Source of the DNA: Anaeramoeba ignava BMAN
Taxonomy: Eukaryota; Protista; Anaeramoebae
DNA: 64,000 bases
Assembly (NCBI GenBank): GCA_028826165.1
Contig: JAPDFW010000124.1
Coordinates: 1 to 64,000, forward strand
Direction of reading: 5' to 3'
In this document: in pieces, positions 13,307 to 26,649 of the stretch
How positions within the stretch are numbered: position 1 is the stretch's first letter
Layout of the letters: each line of letters opens with the position of its first letter
Position numbers and translations under genes: made by a program
Notes under the pieces: model-generated
Told to the model about the DNA's origin: nothing
The model's input: the letters and a program-made list of their open reading frames with translations, nothing else
The model's database searches: none

Positions 13307-13659
13307 TTCCAAATTTTTTTAATCTTTATTATCTTTAATATCTTAAAAAATAATTCCACTTTTTTTAATCTTGAATGACTTAAAAAATAATTCCACTTTT
13401 TCTTTCTTTATTATCTTTAAATATCTTCTTTTTCTTTATTATCTTTAATATCTTTATTATATCTTTTTAAAAAGCAATTCCACTTTTTAATCTTGAATAT
13501 GGTTTTTAATTTTTTTTTTGAAATTTTCCTCTTTTTAAAAAAGAAAACAAAAAGGGGAGTTTAATTGATTTTTAAAAAAGAAAAAAAAAATAAAAAAGGA
13601 GAAAAAAAATTTTTTCATTTTTTTCATTTTTCATTTTTTTTTCACTTTTTTTTTTTAAA

Positions 13660-16600
13660 ATGACAGATATAAAAGAAAACAAAGAAGAAAATAACGAACA
13701 AGAAAATTGGCAAAAGAAAATAGAAGAAGAACTCCAGAACAAAAAAGAGGGAATAAGAAGTATAATAAAAATACAAAGTGCAATTCGAAGAAAAACAACA
13801 AAAAACGAAGAAAAACGGTTAATGCGACATAAAAGATTACGAGAGAAGGCAGTACAAGAGGTTTTAAGCACTGAGCGGACATACGTTGAGAGACTTCAGC
13901 TTCTTATGGAGAAGTTTGTCAAGCCGCTTGAGGAACAAACACATATCAAACATGGACTAATTTCGAGCGAACAATTTAAATCACTTTTTTCAAATATTGA
14001 TTCTATTTTGTTTTTACATATTGATACCCTTAAGTTCTTTGAACAACGCTTCGCTTCAAATTTCGATTCTTCTCGTGAAATTGCTGATATTTTTTTGAAG
14101 TTCGTTGGATTTTTGAAGGTTTATTCAGAGTATTGTCAAAATTATGATAATTCTATTAAGGTTCTTGATGATTTGGTTAAAAAAAATCAGAAGTTTGTTG
14201 ATTTTATTGATGTATTTTATTTATTTCTCCTTTTTTTTTCTTTTCTTTTTTCTTTTTTCTTTTTTAAATTTGACAACATTAATATTACAATTACAATTCA
14301 TTTATAAAATTACAATTACAATTCATTTATAAAATTACAATTCATTTATAAAATTACAATTCATTTATAAAATTACAATTCATTTATAAATTAAAATTAA
14401 AATTAAAATTACAATTCATTTATAAAATTAAAATTAAAATTACAATTCATTTATAAAATTAAAATTACAATTCATTTATAAAATTACAATTCATTTATAA
14501 AATTAAAATTCATTTATAAAATTACAATTAAAATTAAAATTAGAACTAAAATCTAAATTAAAATTAAAATTAAAATCAAAATTAAAATTAAAATTAGAAC
14601 TAAAATTAAAATTAAAATTTAAAATTAAAATTAAAATTAAAATTAAAATTAAAATTAAAATTAAAATTAAAATTAAAATTAAAATTAAAATTAAAATTAA
14701 AATTTAAAATTAAAATTAAAATTTAAAATTAAAAATTAAAATTAAAATTAAAATTAAAATTAAAATTTAAAATTAAAATTAAAATTAAAATTAAAATTAA
14801 AATTCATTTATAAAATTAAAATTGAAATTAAAATTAAAATTAAAATTAAAATTAAAATTAAAATTAAAATTAAAATTAAAATTAAAATTAAAATTAAAAT
14901 TCATTTATAAAATTAGAACTAAAATTAAAATTAAAATTAAAATTAAAATTAAAATTCATTTTGAAAATTAAAATTAAAATTCATTTATAAAATTAAAATT
15001 AAAATTAGAACTAAAATTAAAATTCATTTATAAAATTCATTTATAAAATTAAAATTAAAATTAAAATTAAAATTAAAATTAAAATTTAAAATTTTTTTTA
15101 GGAATGCCATAATTCTCCAGAAATTCAAGGATTAAACATTAGTAGTTTATTAATATTACCAGTTCAAAGAATACCGCGATACAATTTATTAATTCAAACA
15201 ATATTAAAGTACACACCAAAAGAGCATTCTGATTATGATAATTTAAACAAAGCACTTGATACAACAAAAGAAATTTCTGATTGGATCAACACAAACATCA
15301 AAAAACTCGAAAACAGAAGGAAAATGGTTGAAATCCGTTCAGCTTTTGATTCAAGCACTTCTGTAAACAAAAATATTCCAAATCAAATAATTAGAATTTT
15401 TCTTTTTCTTTCATTATCAAAATTTTATCAAAAAAAATTTACTCTAAAAATTTTCTTAAAATGGAAAAAATTTTTATATTTTAAAACAAAATCTACAACA
15501 GGAATTTATAGAACCTCATCGTATTTTTATTCGGCATGATGCTGTTGAAGTTATGAATTCAAATGGGAATTTAGAAAAGAAGAATTTGTTTTTGTTTAAT
15601 GATTTAATAATTTATGCAGCTAAGAAATTTCATAAATATCGACTTAAACAAAAAATAGAATTTGGACCTCTTTGGATTCAAGATCTTCCAGATTCTTCAC
15701 GTTTTTCAAATCTATTCTTTATGGTTACTGAGAAGAAAACTCTTGTTATTTTTTGGGACAGTGCAAAATCAAAGCAAGAATTTTTAAAGGCTTTTACAGA
15801 AGTTTATCAAAAAACTTGTGAAAATAAAACAGATAAAAGTAATTTTCACATTAAAATTAAAATTAAAATTCATATTAAAATTAAAATTAAAATTAAAATC
15901 ATTTATGAAATTTAAAATTAAAATCAAAATTAAAATTATAATTAATTTATAAAAATTAAAACTAAAATCAAAATCAAAATTAAATTCAAAATTAAAATTA
16001 AAATTAAAATTAAAATTAAAATTAAAATTAAAATTAAAATTAAAATTAAAATTAAAATTTAAATTTAAAATTAAAATTAAAATTAAAATTAAAATTCATT
16101 TATAAAAATTAAAATTCATTTATAAAAACTAAAATTACAATTAAAATTAAATTTAAAATTAAAATTAAAATTAAAATTAAAATTAAAATTAAAATTAAAA
16201 TTACAATTACAATTCATTTATAAAAATTAAATTAAAAATTAAAATTATTTATAAAAATTAAAATTAAAATTAAAATTAAAATTAAATTCAAAATCAAAAT
16301 TAAAATTAAATTTAAAATTAAAATTAAAATTAAATTCAAAATTAAAATTAAAATTAAAATTAAAATTAAAATTAAAATTAAAATTAAAATTAAAATTTTA
16401 ATATTCATTTTAAAAATTTTAATATTCATTTTAAAAATTTTAATATTAATTTTGAAAATAGTTGTCAAATCGCCAATGAAATTATCACCTAAAATAATGT
16501 CAGTTTTTTCTGTCAACTTAAAAATGTTATCACTTCTTCAAAGTCTTAAACCACCAACAACAGGTTGCATCGCAGATACATCAGTATTCTCAATGGACAA

Positions 16601-17729
16601 ATCAGATATCCAAAAGAAACTTGCAAAAATCAGCTCTCATCGGAATATATCAGTCATAACAAAATCAGCAAAAACTCGACACTCTGTTTCTCGAGAGTTT
16701 GTAGAGTCCTTAAGAAAAGGACGCACACAACCTTTGCCTCCAATTCAAAAAAGGCACCCGATCTCAAAAGAGACTGTAAAAGAGATCAGTGATGATCCAA
16801 AAAAAAATTCAACTTCCAAAACAAAAAGCAAAAATTCACTGGAAAATTTGCCTTCAAAAACATCACATCAAAAACCAAAGTCATTTCTTGCACAAAAATC
16901 TTTCACTTTAACTCCCAATTTTAATCCTGAAAAGGTTCAGCAGAAAATCCTTAAAGTTCTTGCTCTCAAACAAACTAGAAAACAACCAAAACCTCCTCCA
17001 CTTTCTTCAAAACCTAAGTTTGACCAAAAAATCAATCAATTCATTTCCGAAAAGAAACCCCTAACAAAACTCAAAACAGAAATTCGCTCACATTCACTTT
17101 CTCAAGAAAATTTCAATTTGTCTCAAAATTTTTCAAATGAAAAAAATGATCAAGAAAATTTAAAAAAAAACGGAAAAAAAACGGAAAATTCTGACATTTC
17201 TAAAAATGACATTGAAAAATCAAAAGAATCAACAAAAACAACTGAACAATCCACACAAAAATCAGCACCACCAAGACCACAGCCGAAGTATCGCCAGCCA
17301 CCACCACGACCAAAAGGTCCCAAACCGTTAATAAGCCAATCAAGTCCTCTTGCAAAATCAACTTCTCCACCTCCTCGACCACCCAAAAAAAACAAATCGC
17401 CATCAGAAAACCTCACCTCAAGTGTACCAAATTTAAAGTCAAAGAAACCTCCGCCAAGACCTCCTTCAAAACATCGACTTTTGGATCCTTCTAATGTTCA
17501 GAATGATAATGATTCTGAAAAACTTAAATTGAAATTAAGAAGTGCTCCTCCTCCTCCTCCTTCTAATACAAATCAAACCAAGAATGATGATTCAAAAAAT
17601 AATAATGATTCAAAAAATAATAGTGATTCAAAAAATAATAGTGATTCAAAAAATAATAATGATTCAAAAAATAATAGTGATTCAAAAAATAATGATGATT
17701 CAAAAAATAATAATGATTCTCGCAAGTGA
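13660..17729 (+). CDS. RhoGEF (IQ-like motif, DH, PH, Pro-rich tail). Exons: 13660-14211, 15102-15362, 15502-15838, 16462-17729
   Basis: DH motifs REKAVQEVLSTERTYVERL, LFSNIDSILFLH, KVYSEYCQNY and (exon 2) SSLLILPVQRIPRYNLL. PH motif LFLFNDLIIYA. IIKIQSAIRR is IQ-like. The GT-AG junctions keep the frame. Confidence 0.9.
14280..15090 (+). repeat. Intronic (AAAATT)n with an interspersed TACAATTCATTTATAAAA unit
   Basis: Fills RhoGEF intron 1; a similar tract fills intron 3 (15850-16400). Confidence 0.92.
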
Positions 17730-17884
17730 TAAATGTTTTCTTTCGTTTTATTTTTCTACTTTTTCATTTCCTTTCATTTTTTTTTTCTCTTATTCTTTTC
17801 TTTTCTTTTTTTGTAAATTCAATTCAAAAAACAATTCCAAAACAATTCAAAAAACAATTCAAAATTTTTATCCGATTTTCAATA

Positions 17885-18352
17885 AAATTTAATTCAAAAT
17901 TTAATTTAAAATTTAATTTAAAATTTAATTTAAAATTTAATTTAAAATTTAATTCAAAATTTTATTCAAAATTTAATTTAAAATTTAATTTAAAATTTAA
18001 TTTAAAATTTAATTTAAAATTTAATTTAAAATTTAATTTAAAATTTAATTTAAAATTTTTATCCAATTTTCAATAAAATTTAATTTAAAAAACAATTTAA
18101 AATTTAATTCAAAATTTAATTTAAAATTTAATTTAAAATTTTTATCCAATTTTCAATAAAATTTAATTCAAAATTTAATTTAAAATTTAATTTAAAATTT
18201 AATTTAAAATTTAATTTAAAATTTAATTTAAAATTTAATTTAAATTTTAATTTAAAATTTAATTTAAAATTTAATTTAAAATTTAATTCAAAATTTTTAT
18301 CCGATTTTCAATAAAATTTAATTCAAAATTTAATTTAAAATTTAATTCAAAA
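17885..18352. repeat. 12-bp (AAAATTTAATTT)n near-palindromic satellite between convergent genes
   Basis: Read directly; interrupted by TTTATCC(G/A)ATTTTCAATA spacers. Confidence 0.9.
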
Positions 18353-18411
18353 TTTTGTTGTTATTCATTTATTTTTGAATTAAAAATTCAGTTAAAAAAA
18401 AATAATAAAAT

Positions 18412-19971
18412 TCAAATCTCATTCCAAAGATCAGAATCATTTTGAGAAATTTGAATTTCTATATTAGAAAATTCTTCAGTAATCCATTCTTTATCATCTT
18501 TTTGAAAATTATTTTCATTTTGATTATCTTTTTCAATTTGCATTGAATTATCATTAATATTTGAAGGATTTTGATTATCAATTTCTGTAAAATCTAATTG
18601 TTTGGCAGAAAGAGGAATATAAATAATTGATTTTTGAGAACTTTCTTGATTTGTTGGAGAAGTCGAAAAAATATATGGAATATTTGATTGACTTGTTTCT
18701 TGAAATAAGTTATTTTCAATAGTCACTAGACATCTAATTGGAAATAAAAGAAGTTCTGCTTTTGGATTTTGTAATATTAAGTTATTATCAAGTGTTAAAA
18801 TTTCCAGTTTTGGTAATTGCAATAATTGACTTGGTATTGATCGTAAAAAATTGTGACTTAACTAAGAATTGAATAATATATGATTGTGAAAAAGAAAAGG
18901 AAAGAATTGTTAAGAAAACATTTTTTGATATGATTATTTTTTTTAAGTTGTTTTTGTTGATCTTTTTTTTAATAGGTAATTTGATCATACTGTAAATGTT
19001 GTTATATTTTTTAATTTTGCAATATCACTGGGTATAGTAGTTAAATAATTGGTGTGTGCGAATAGCTTCTCCAGGCCGAATATGTTCCCAATAGTGTGAG
19101 GAATGTTCCGAATTTCGTTATTATTTATGCATAATTTTTTTAATTTTTTAAGGTTTCCAATGTTTTGTGGAATTTTTTTTAATCGATTTTCATCAAGTAA
19201 TAAACTTTTTAATTTAGTTAATTGTGCAATTTGTGAAGGAATTTCATTGAGGATATTGTTTTTAACTTTCAACTTGATTAAATTTGTTAAATTTCCGATA
19301 GATCTTTTTTAATTTTCAAATTAATTTTAATTTTAATTTTAATTTAAATTTTAATTTTAATTTTAATTTTAATTTTAAAATGAATTTTAATTTTAATTTT
19401 AATTTTAATTTTAATTTAAATTTTAATTTTAATTTTAATTTTAATTTTAATTTAAATTTTAATTTTAATTTTAATTTTAATTGTAATTTTAATTTTAATT
19501 TTAATTTTAATTTTAATTTTAATTTTAATTTTAATTGTAATTTTAATTTTCAAAATGAATTGTAATTTAAATTTTAATTTATACTTTGGAATAACTTTTA
19601 AGCAATTATAACTTAAATCAAGTTGTTCTAGAAATTCTAAATTACAAATTTCTTCTTCAACAGTTACAATACTAAAAATAAAAACAAAAAACAAAAAATA
19701 ATTTTCTAAATAAATAATTTTCTAAATAATTTAATTACAAATTATGAGAAAGAATTAAAATTCTTAGTTGATTTAATAAAGATAATTGAGAAGGAACTAT
19801 TTCTAATGCATTATTTGAAAGATTAAGTATAGTTATATTTCTTATACTATAAATACTTGGTGGTATTGTTAATAATTTGTATGATTCTAATACTAATGTA
19901 TTTGTTTTTTTTGATTGTTTCAGTCTTTTTGTTGTGTTTTCATTTGTTTTTTGTTCACAACACTTTTTCAT
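18412..19971 (-). CDS. Leucine-rich repeat protein. Exons: 19971-19739, 19671-19585, 19303-18991, 18861-18412
   Basis: LxxLxLxxNxLxxIP repeats (LNLSNNALEIVP, LDLSYNCLKVIPKSIGNL, LLLDENRLKKIP, TLSHNFLRSIP) continue in frame across three GT-AG introns. Confidence 0.88.
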
Positions 19972-20074
19972 TTTAAATAATTAATTAAAAATAATAATAA
20001 TAATAAAAAAAAAGTGAAAAAAAATGAAAAATGAAAACGGGAAAAAAAATTTTATTTTTTTTTTTTTTTTAAAA

Positions 20075-20490
20075 TAAATTTTAAAATAAATTTTGAAATA
20101 AATTTAAAATAAATTCTAAAATCAATTCTAAAATTAATTCTAAAATAAATTTTAAAATAAATTCTAAAATAAATTCTAAAATAAATCCTAAAATCAATTC
20201 TAAAATAAATTTTAAAATAAATTTAAAAAAATAAATAAATTCTAAAATAAATTCTAAAATTAATTCTAAAATTAATTCTAAAATAAATTCTAAAATAAAT
20301 CCTAAAATAAATTCTAAAATAAATTCTAAAATAAATTTTAAAATAAATTCTAAAATAAATTCTAAAATTAATTCTAAAATAAATTTTAAAATCAATTCTA
20401 AAATAAATTTTAAAATAAATTCTAAAATAATTCTAAAATAAATTTAAAATAAATTCTAAAATAAATTTTAAATTTAAAATAAATTTAAAA
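20075..20490. repeat. 12-bp (TAAAATAAATTC)n satellite
   Basis: Read directly. Confidence 0.9.
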
Positions 20491-20556
20491 TTTTTAAAAT
20501 TTGTTTCTTTTTTTTTTCTTTTTCTTTTCAATTCTAAAATAAATTTTAAAATAAAT

Positions 20557-23411
20557 TTAAAATCCATTTTCTTTTTCTTTCTTGTTTTCTTTTTTTTTCT
20601 TTTTCTTTTTGTATTCTCAATTGTTTCAATAATAACTTCCATTTCTTTTTCTTTTTCTTTCTTGTTTTCATTTTCATTTTCTTTTTCTTTTTCTTTCTTG
20701 TTTTCATTTTCTTTTTCTTTTTCTTTTTCTTTCTTGTTTCCATTTTCTTTTTCATTTCCATTTTCGTTTTCATTTTTATTCTCTTCTTTCTTGTTTTCTT
20801 TCTTCATTTTCTTCTTTCTTTTTTTCACTTTTTCTTTTTTTGTGGAAAAATCTTTTTTTGTTTCAGAAAATAATTTATCAATTTCTCGATTTGAATCTCC
20901 ACTTATTAATTTTGAATGCTTTTCTTGAATATTTTGTTTGTTTTTATTTTTATGTTTGCTTTTGTTTTTGTTTTCCTTCAAATTCAATCCAAGTGATTTT
21001 GCAATTTCAAGAGTTTGTTTAGATTCTTCAAAATTAGTTTGATTTTCATTTTGAATAATTTTTTTGTTTTTTGATTTTTTTGAAATGATTTTTTTTTCAT
21101 TTTCATTTTTCATTTTCATTTTCATTTTCATTTTGAATAATTTCTTGAAACATTTCCAATTTTTTTTGATTTTGTGTTTGTTTTTGAATCCAATCTTGCT
21201 TTTTTTGCATAAATGATTCTAAACGACAAGTTCTAATTAAAAAACCACCATGTTTAATTTTTTTGAGTTTATCATAAATAGGAATTAATTCTTGAACAAT
21301 AAATTCTTTTGTTTTGACATCTGAATTGATAAAACATTTTTCAACAATAAAACTTCCAACTGAATTTAAAGATAAATTTGCAAAAAATCCCTTTAATTTT
21401 TGTATTAATTTGTTCTTGTTTTCAAAACTTGTTTTTCCTTCAAAAAATGCTTGCACAATTCGAGATCCACTTCCATTTAAAGCCAAACCGTAAATAATTT
21501 TCCCAGGAAATCCAAGTAAACCTTCAATTATTCTTTGTGTGTTTTGTGGTTCAAAAGATGATAGTATTGTTTGAAGAATTAAAGATCCTTGAACAGAAAC
21601 AAATTGAATTTTCCAATCATTTTTCTCCTCATTTTTTTCATTGGTTTTTTCTATCATTTCTAAAAGAAATTTTTTTTGGGAAAATCTTGGATCTGCATTT
21701 TGAATATTAATGATTTTCATGATGAATAATGAATTGTATTTTGTTTGCAATTTTAAATCCAATCCATGATATAATTTCCTGATAAATTCCTTTTCTTTCG
21801 AATGAAATTTCCCACAAGCAGATGCCAATTCAACAATTATTCCTGATCTTGATTGTTGGATTAATTGTTGGAAATGATTTGTTTTTGTTGAATCTCCTGA
21901 TAATTCATCAAAAATTAAATCGATTTGTGGTTTTTCTCGGATTTGTTGAATGAGTTTTTGAACAACAAAATTGGCTTGAAAATGAAGGGAATAATTTTGT
22001 AAATGATTTCTAAAATAATGGGTATAAATATTAGAATAAATAATATCATCGCAAGTCTAAATAAAATAAAAATAAAAATAAAAATAAAATTAAAAATAAA
22101 TTAAAAAATAAAAATTAATTTTTGTTACAAGAAAAAGAACTTCCATAAATCGACTTCCAATTTTATCACAAACTAAATTTTCAATATGGCTTTGAATATC
22201 AAAAATAAAAAGATCGTTTTTCTTTTCATTTCGAAGTAAATTAATTTCTGAAACAGATTCAAGATCAATTCCACATGTTTTTCGAACAATTTGATAATAA
22301 AATTTTGTATCATTTTGAAATATTCTGAGTAAAAGTTGATAAATAGGACTTGAATATTGATCAAACAAAGAATTTGAAACCCAAAAAGGATCATTATCAT
22401 TTTGATTTTGATTTTCATTTTGATTTTGATTTTCATTTTGATTTTCATTTTGATTTTCATTTTGATTTTCATTTTGATTTTCATTTTGATTTTCATTTGA
22501 ATTTTTTTTCTTCTTTTTCTTCTTTTGTTCTTGTTCTTGTTCTTGTTCTTGTTCTTCGCCAATAATACATTTACTAATTTCTTTCAATTTAGATGTAAAT
22601 TTAATTGGAACTCGAATTGGTGCCTTTTTTTTAATTGGTTTTTTGAATTTATAATTTTTCCCTTGAAAATTTTGATTTTCATTCAAAATAAATTCTCCAT
22701 ATAATAATTGAATAAGTGCGCGAAGAAAATAACTTCCTGAAGCATCTTTTAATAAATCTTTCCATTTATTATTCAATTCATCACACATTTTAATCACAAG
22801 ATCTTGGAACGTAGTATCAATATCCATTTGATTTTCCTTATTTTTATTTTTATTTTTATTTTTATTTTTATCATTTGTTTTTTTGGAATTTGTTTGAGAA
22901 TTTGATTCTGTTTGAACCATCATTAAAATATGATAAAATAAAGTTTCAAGAACATGAGAAGAATATTGATTTTTAGCCATTTCATAAAAACTAAATAAAT
23001 TAAATGATTAAAAATATATATAATTATTTTTTAAATTTTTTTTTTAAATTTAAATTACTTTCCAAATAAAGAAATGAATAACTTTTTTAAATTGACATAA
23101 TCAGATAATCTTATTAATCTTTCAATAATGCTACTACAAACAGGATCAATACACAATCTAATTTCTCTTCCTTTAATTTCAATTAATGCATTTTGTACAA
23201 TTGAAATTTTATTCACTTCATCTCCATAATTTTCTTGGTCAATAATTGTTCTAATACTTTTGAAATAACGTTTTGTTTCTTTATCAAGTTTTTCAGAATT
23301 AATTTTTGCAATTCCTTGTTGTTTTTTTTGTTGTGGTTTTTGTTTTTTGTTGAATTTTTTTTTATTTCTAAATTTATTTCTTTTTCTGTTTTGATTTTTT
23401 TGTGAATTCAT
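20557..23411 (-). CDS. NOP9: Nop9 (Pumilio-like 18S rRNA biogenesis factor). Exons: 23411-23059, 22990-22129, 22056-~20557; the K/E-rich 3' end is frameshifted and the stop is uncertain (20557 or 20433)
   Basis: LDKETKRYF, GREIRLCIDPVCSSIIERL, MAKNQYSSHVLETL, DASGSYFLRAL, DKIGSRFME, HFQANFVVQ, SVQGSLILQ, GSRIVQAF and GSFIVEKCF are typical Nop9 PUF-repeat motifs. Confidence 0.88.
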
Positions 23412-23473
23412 TTTTAAAACAATTTGAGAAAAATGAAAAAAAATGAAAAAAATTTTTTTACAATTTTTTTTTT

Positions 23474-24160
23474 TCATTTTGTTTTTCTTTCAATTTCTTT
23501 TTCTTCTAAATACTTTTTTAATTTATCGTTTTTAAGGATTTCTTTTAAATTTTGAATTTCCTTTTCATTCATAATTTTTTCTTTTTCAATTTGATTAATT
23601 TTTATTGCAATTTCTTTTTCTTTTTTTGATAGTTTAATTTTATTTGTAAATTTTTCTTTTTGAATTTTTTCCAATTCTTGATTTAAAATTTTCAAATGGT
23701 TTTTTAAATCAATTTCTATTTGTTGAATTTGATTAATTTCTTGATTAATTGAATCCAATTCTTTTTGTTTTTTTGATTTTGTTATTGATAAAGAATTGAA
23801 AATTTGATTTAATTTTTTGGCATTTTCTTCTTCATTTTTTTTGAATAAAAAATTTTGATTAAGAATTTTTTCCAAATTTTGTTCCAATTTAAAAAGAGAA
23901 CTTTTAAGATTTTTATTTTTTTGATTTTCTTTTTGGATTAAATTTGTGATTGATTTTTTTTGATTGATTAATTTTTGATTATTTTTTTGAAGAGTTTTAA
24001 GCATTTCAATTTCTTGTTGAGAATCATTAAAAATGTTTTCAATTTGATTAAGTAATTCTTCAATATTTTTATGTAAATCAAGAATATTGAAAGAAGAATT
24101 TTGATTTTGGAGAATAATTTTTTCAATTTCATTAAAAGTTTCTCTAAATCTTAAAGCCAT
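23474..24160 (-). CDS. Hypothetical coiled-coil protein (228 aa)
   Basis: Uninterrupted ORF with heptad-like E/K/Q/L/I composition; no recognisable family. Confidence 0.7.
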   Translation of the reverse strand: MALRFRETFNEIEKIILQNQNSSFNILDLHKNIEELLNQIENIFNDSQQEIEMLKTLQKNNQKLINQKKSITNLIQKENQKNKNLKSSLFKLEQNLEKILNQNFLFKKNEEENAKKLNQIFNSLSITKSKKQKELDSINQEINQIQQIEIDLKNHLKILNQELEKIQKEKFTNKIKLSKKEKEIAIKINQIEKEKIMNEKEIQNLKEILKNDKLKKYLEEKEIERKTK

Positions 24161-24257
24161 TTGAAGAAGAAAAAAATAAAAAAATTAATTTAAAAAAAGT
24201 GGAATATTTTTTAACATTAAATTGACATTGATTTAACAAATAAAATTTAATAAAATT

Positions 24258-26102
24258 TAAAATTGATTTAAAATTGATATAAAATTGATTTAAAATTGAT
24301 ATAAAATTGATTTAAAATTAATATAAAATTGATTTAAAATTGATTTAAAATTGATTTAAAATTGATTTAAAATTGATATAAAATTGATATAAAATTAATT
24401 TAAAATTGATATAAAATTAATATAAAATTAATATAAAATTGATATAAAATTAATATAAAATTGATATAAAATTGATTTAAAATTGATTTAAAATTGATTT
24501 AAAATTGATTTAAAATTGATATAAAATTAATTTAAAATTGATTTAAAATTGATTTAAAATTGATATAAAATTAATTTAAAATTGATTTAAAATTGATATA
24601 AATTTGATATAAAATTGATATAGAATTGATTTAAAATTGATATAAAATTGATTTAAAATTGAATTTAAAATTAATATAAAATTGATTTAAAATTGATTTA
24701 AAATTGATATAAAATTGATTTAAAATTGATTTAAAATTAATATAAAATTGATATAAAATTGAATTAAAATTAATTTAAAATTGATATAAAATTGATTTTA
24801 AAATTGATTTAAAATTAATATAAAATTGATTTAAAATTGATATAAAATTGATTAAAAAATTTAAAATTGATATAAAATTGATTTAAAATTGATTTAAAAT
24901 TGATTTAAAATTGATATAAAATTGATATAAAATTGATATAAAAAATTGATATAAAATTGATATAAAATTGATATAAAATTGATATAAAATTGATATAAAA
25001 TTGATTTAAAATTGATATAAAATTGATCATGAAATTAATATAAAATTGATATAAAATTGATATAAAATTGATTTAAAATTGATTTAAAATTGATATAAAA
25101 TTGATTTAAAATTGATTTAAAATTGATATAAAATTGATTTAAAATTAATTTAAAATTGATTTAAAATTGATATAAAATTGATTTTAAATTAATATAAAAT
25201 TGATTTAAAATTGATATAAAATTGATTTAAAATTAATATAAAATTAATATAAAATTAATATAAAATTGATATAAAAATTGATATAAAATTGATTTAAAAT
25301 TGATTTAAAATTGATATAAAATTGATATAAAATTGATTTAAAATTGATATAAAATTGATATAAAATTGATATAAAATTGATTTAAAATTGATATAAAATT
25401 AATATAAAATTGATATAAAATTGATTTAAAATTGATATAAAATTGATATAAAATTGATTTAAAATTGATTTAAAATTGATTTAAAATTGATTTAAAATTG
25501 ATTTAAAATTGATTTAAAATTGATATAAAATTAATATAAAATTGATTTAAAATTGATTTAAAATTGATATAAAATTGATATAAAATTGATATAAAATTGA
25601 TATAAAATTGATTTAAAAATTGATATAAAATTGATATAAAATTGATATAAAATTGATTTAAAATTGATATAAAATTGATTTAAAATTGATTTAAAATTAA
25701 TATAAAATTGATATAAAATTGATTTAAAATTGATTTAAAATTGATATAAAATTGATATAAAATTGATTTAAAATTGATTTAAAATTGATTTAAAATTGAT
25801 TTAAAATTTATTTAAAATTTATTTAAAATTGATATAAAATTGAAATAAAATTGATATAAAATTGATTTAAAATTTATTTAAAATTGATATAAAATTGATA
25901 TAAAATTGATTTAAAATTGATTTAAAATTGATATAGAATTGATTTAAAATTGATTTAAAATTGATTTAAAATTAATATAAAATTAATATAAAATTGATAT
26001 AAAATTGATATAAAATTGATATAAAATTGATATAAAATTGATATAAAATTGATTTAAAATTGATTTAAAATTGATATAAAATTAATATAAAATTGATTTA
26101 AA
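24258..26102. repeat. ~1.85-kb 11-bp satellite AAAATT(G/A)AT(A/T)T
   Basis: About 165 tandem units with three main variants: AAAATTGATAT, AAAATTGATTT, AAAATTAATAT. Confidence 0.97.
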
Positions 26103-26143
26103 AATTAAAAATCATTTTTTTCTTTTTTTAAAAAAAAACCAAA

Positions 26144-26596
26144 ATGGAAAAAACAGAAACAAAAGGATTTGAAATAAGCAAAGAAGAAACAGGATTAAGT
26201 GAAGAAGAAATCAAAGAATTAATAGAAGGAGCAATCAAAGGAAAAGAAAAGGCTTATGCACCATATTCAAATTTCCATGTAGGAGCATGTATCTTAACGG
26301 AAACTGGGGAAAAATTTTCTGGTTGTAATGTTGAATCAGCAAGTTATGGATTAACTATTTGTGCGGAAAGAACAGCCGTTTTCAAAGCGGTTAGTGAAGG
26401 ATTTACAAAATTTAAAGCAATTTCCGTTATTTCTGATGCTGATTCTTTTACTTTTCCTTGTGGTGCTTGTAGACAGGTTTTGGTTGAATTCGGTGATTTT
26501 GTTGTTCTTGTTCTTAAATCTGATAAATCTGTCTTTTTTACTACTACTTATAAACTCCTTCCTTTTCATTTTGGTCCTTCTGATCTTTTGAAATGA
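26144..26596 (+). CDS. cdd: Cytidine deaminase, homotetrameric type
   Basis: AYAPYSNFHVGA, GCNVE, TICAERTAVFKAVSEG and PCGACRQVLVEF (three Cys Zn ligands plus the catalytic Glu); intronless. Confidence 0.96.
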   Translation: MEKTETKGFEISKEETGLSEEEIKELIEGAIKGKEKAYAPYSNFHVGACILTETGEKFSGCNVESASYGLTICAERTAVFKAVSEGFTKFKAISVISDADSFTFPCGACRQVLVEFGDFVVLVLKSDKSVFFTTTYKLLPFHFGPSDLLK

Positions 26597-26649
26597 TTTT
26601 CTTTTTCAATTTCTTTACTTTCTTTTTTAATTTTAATCAATATCAATGA

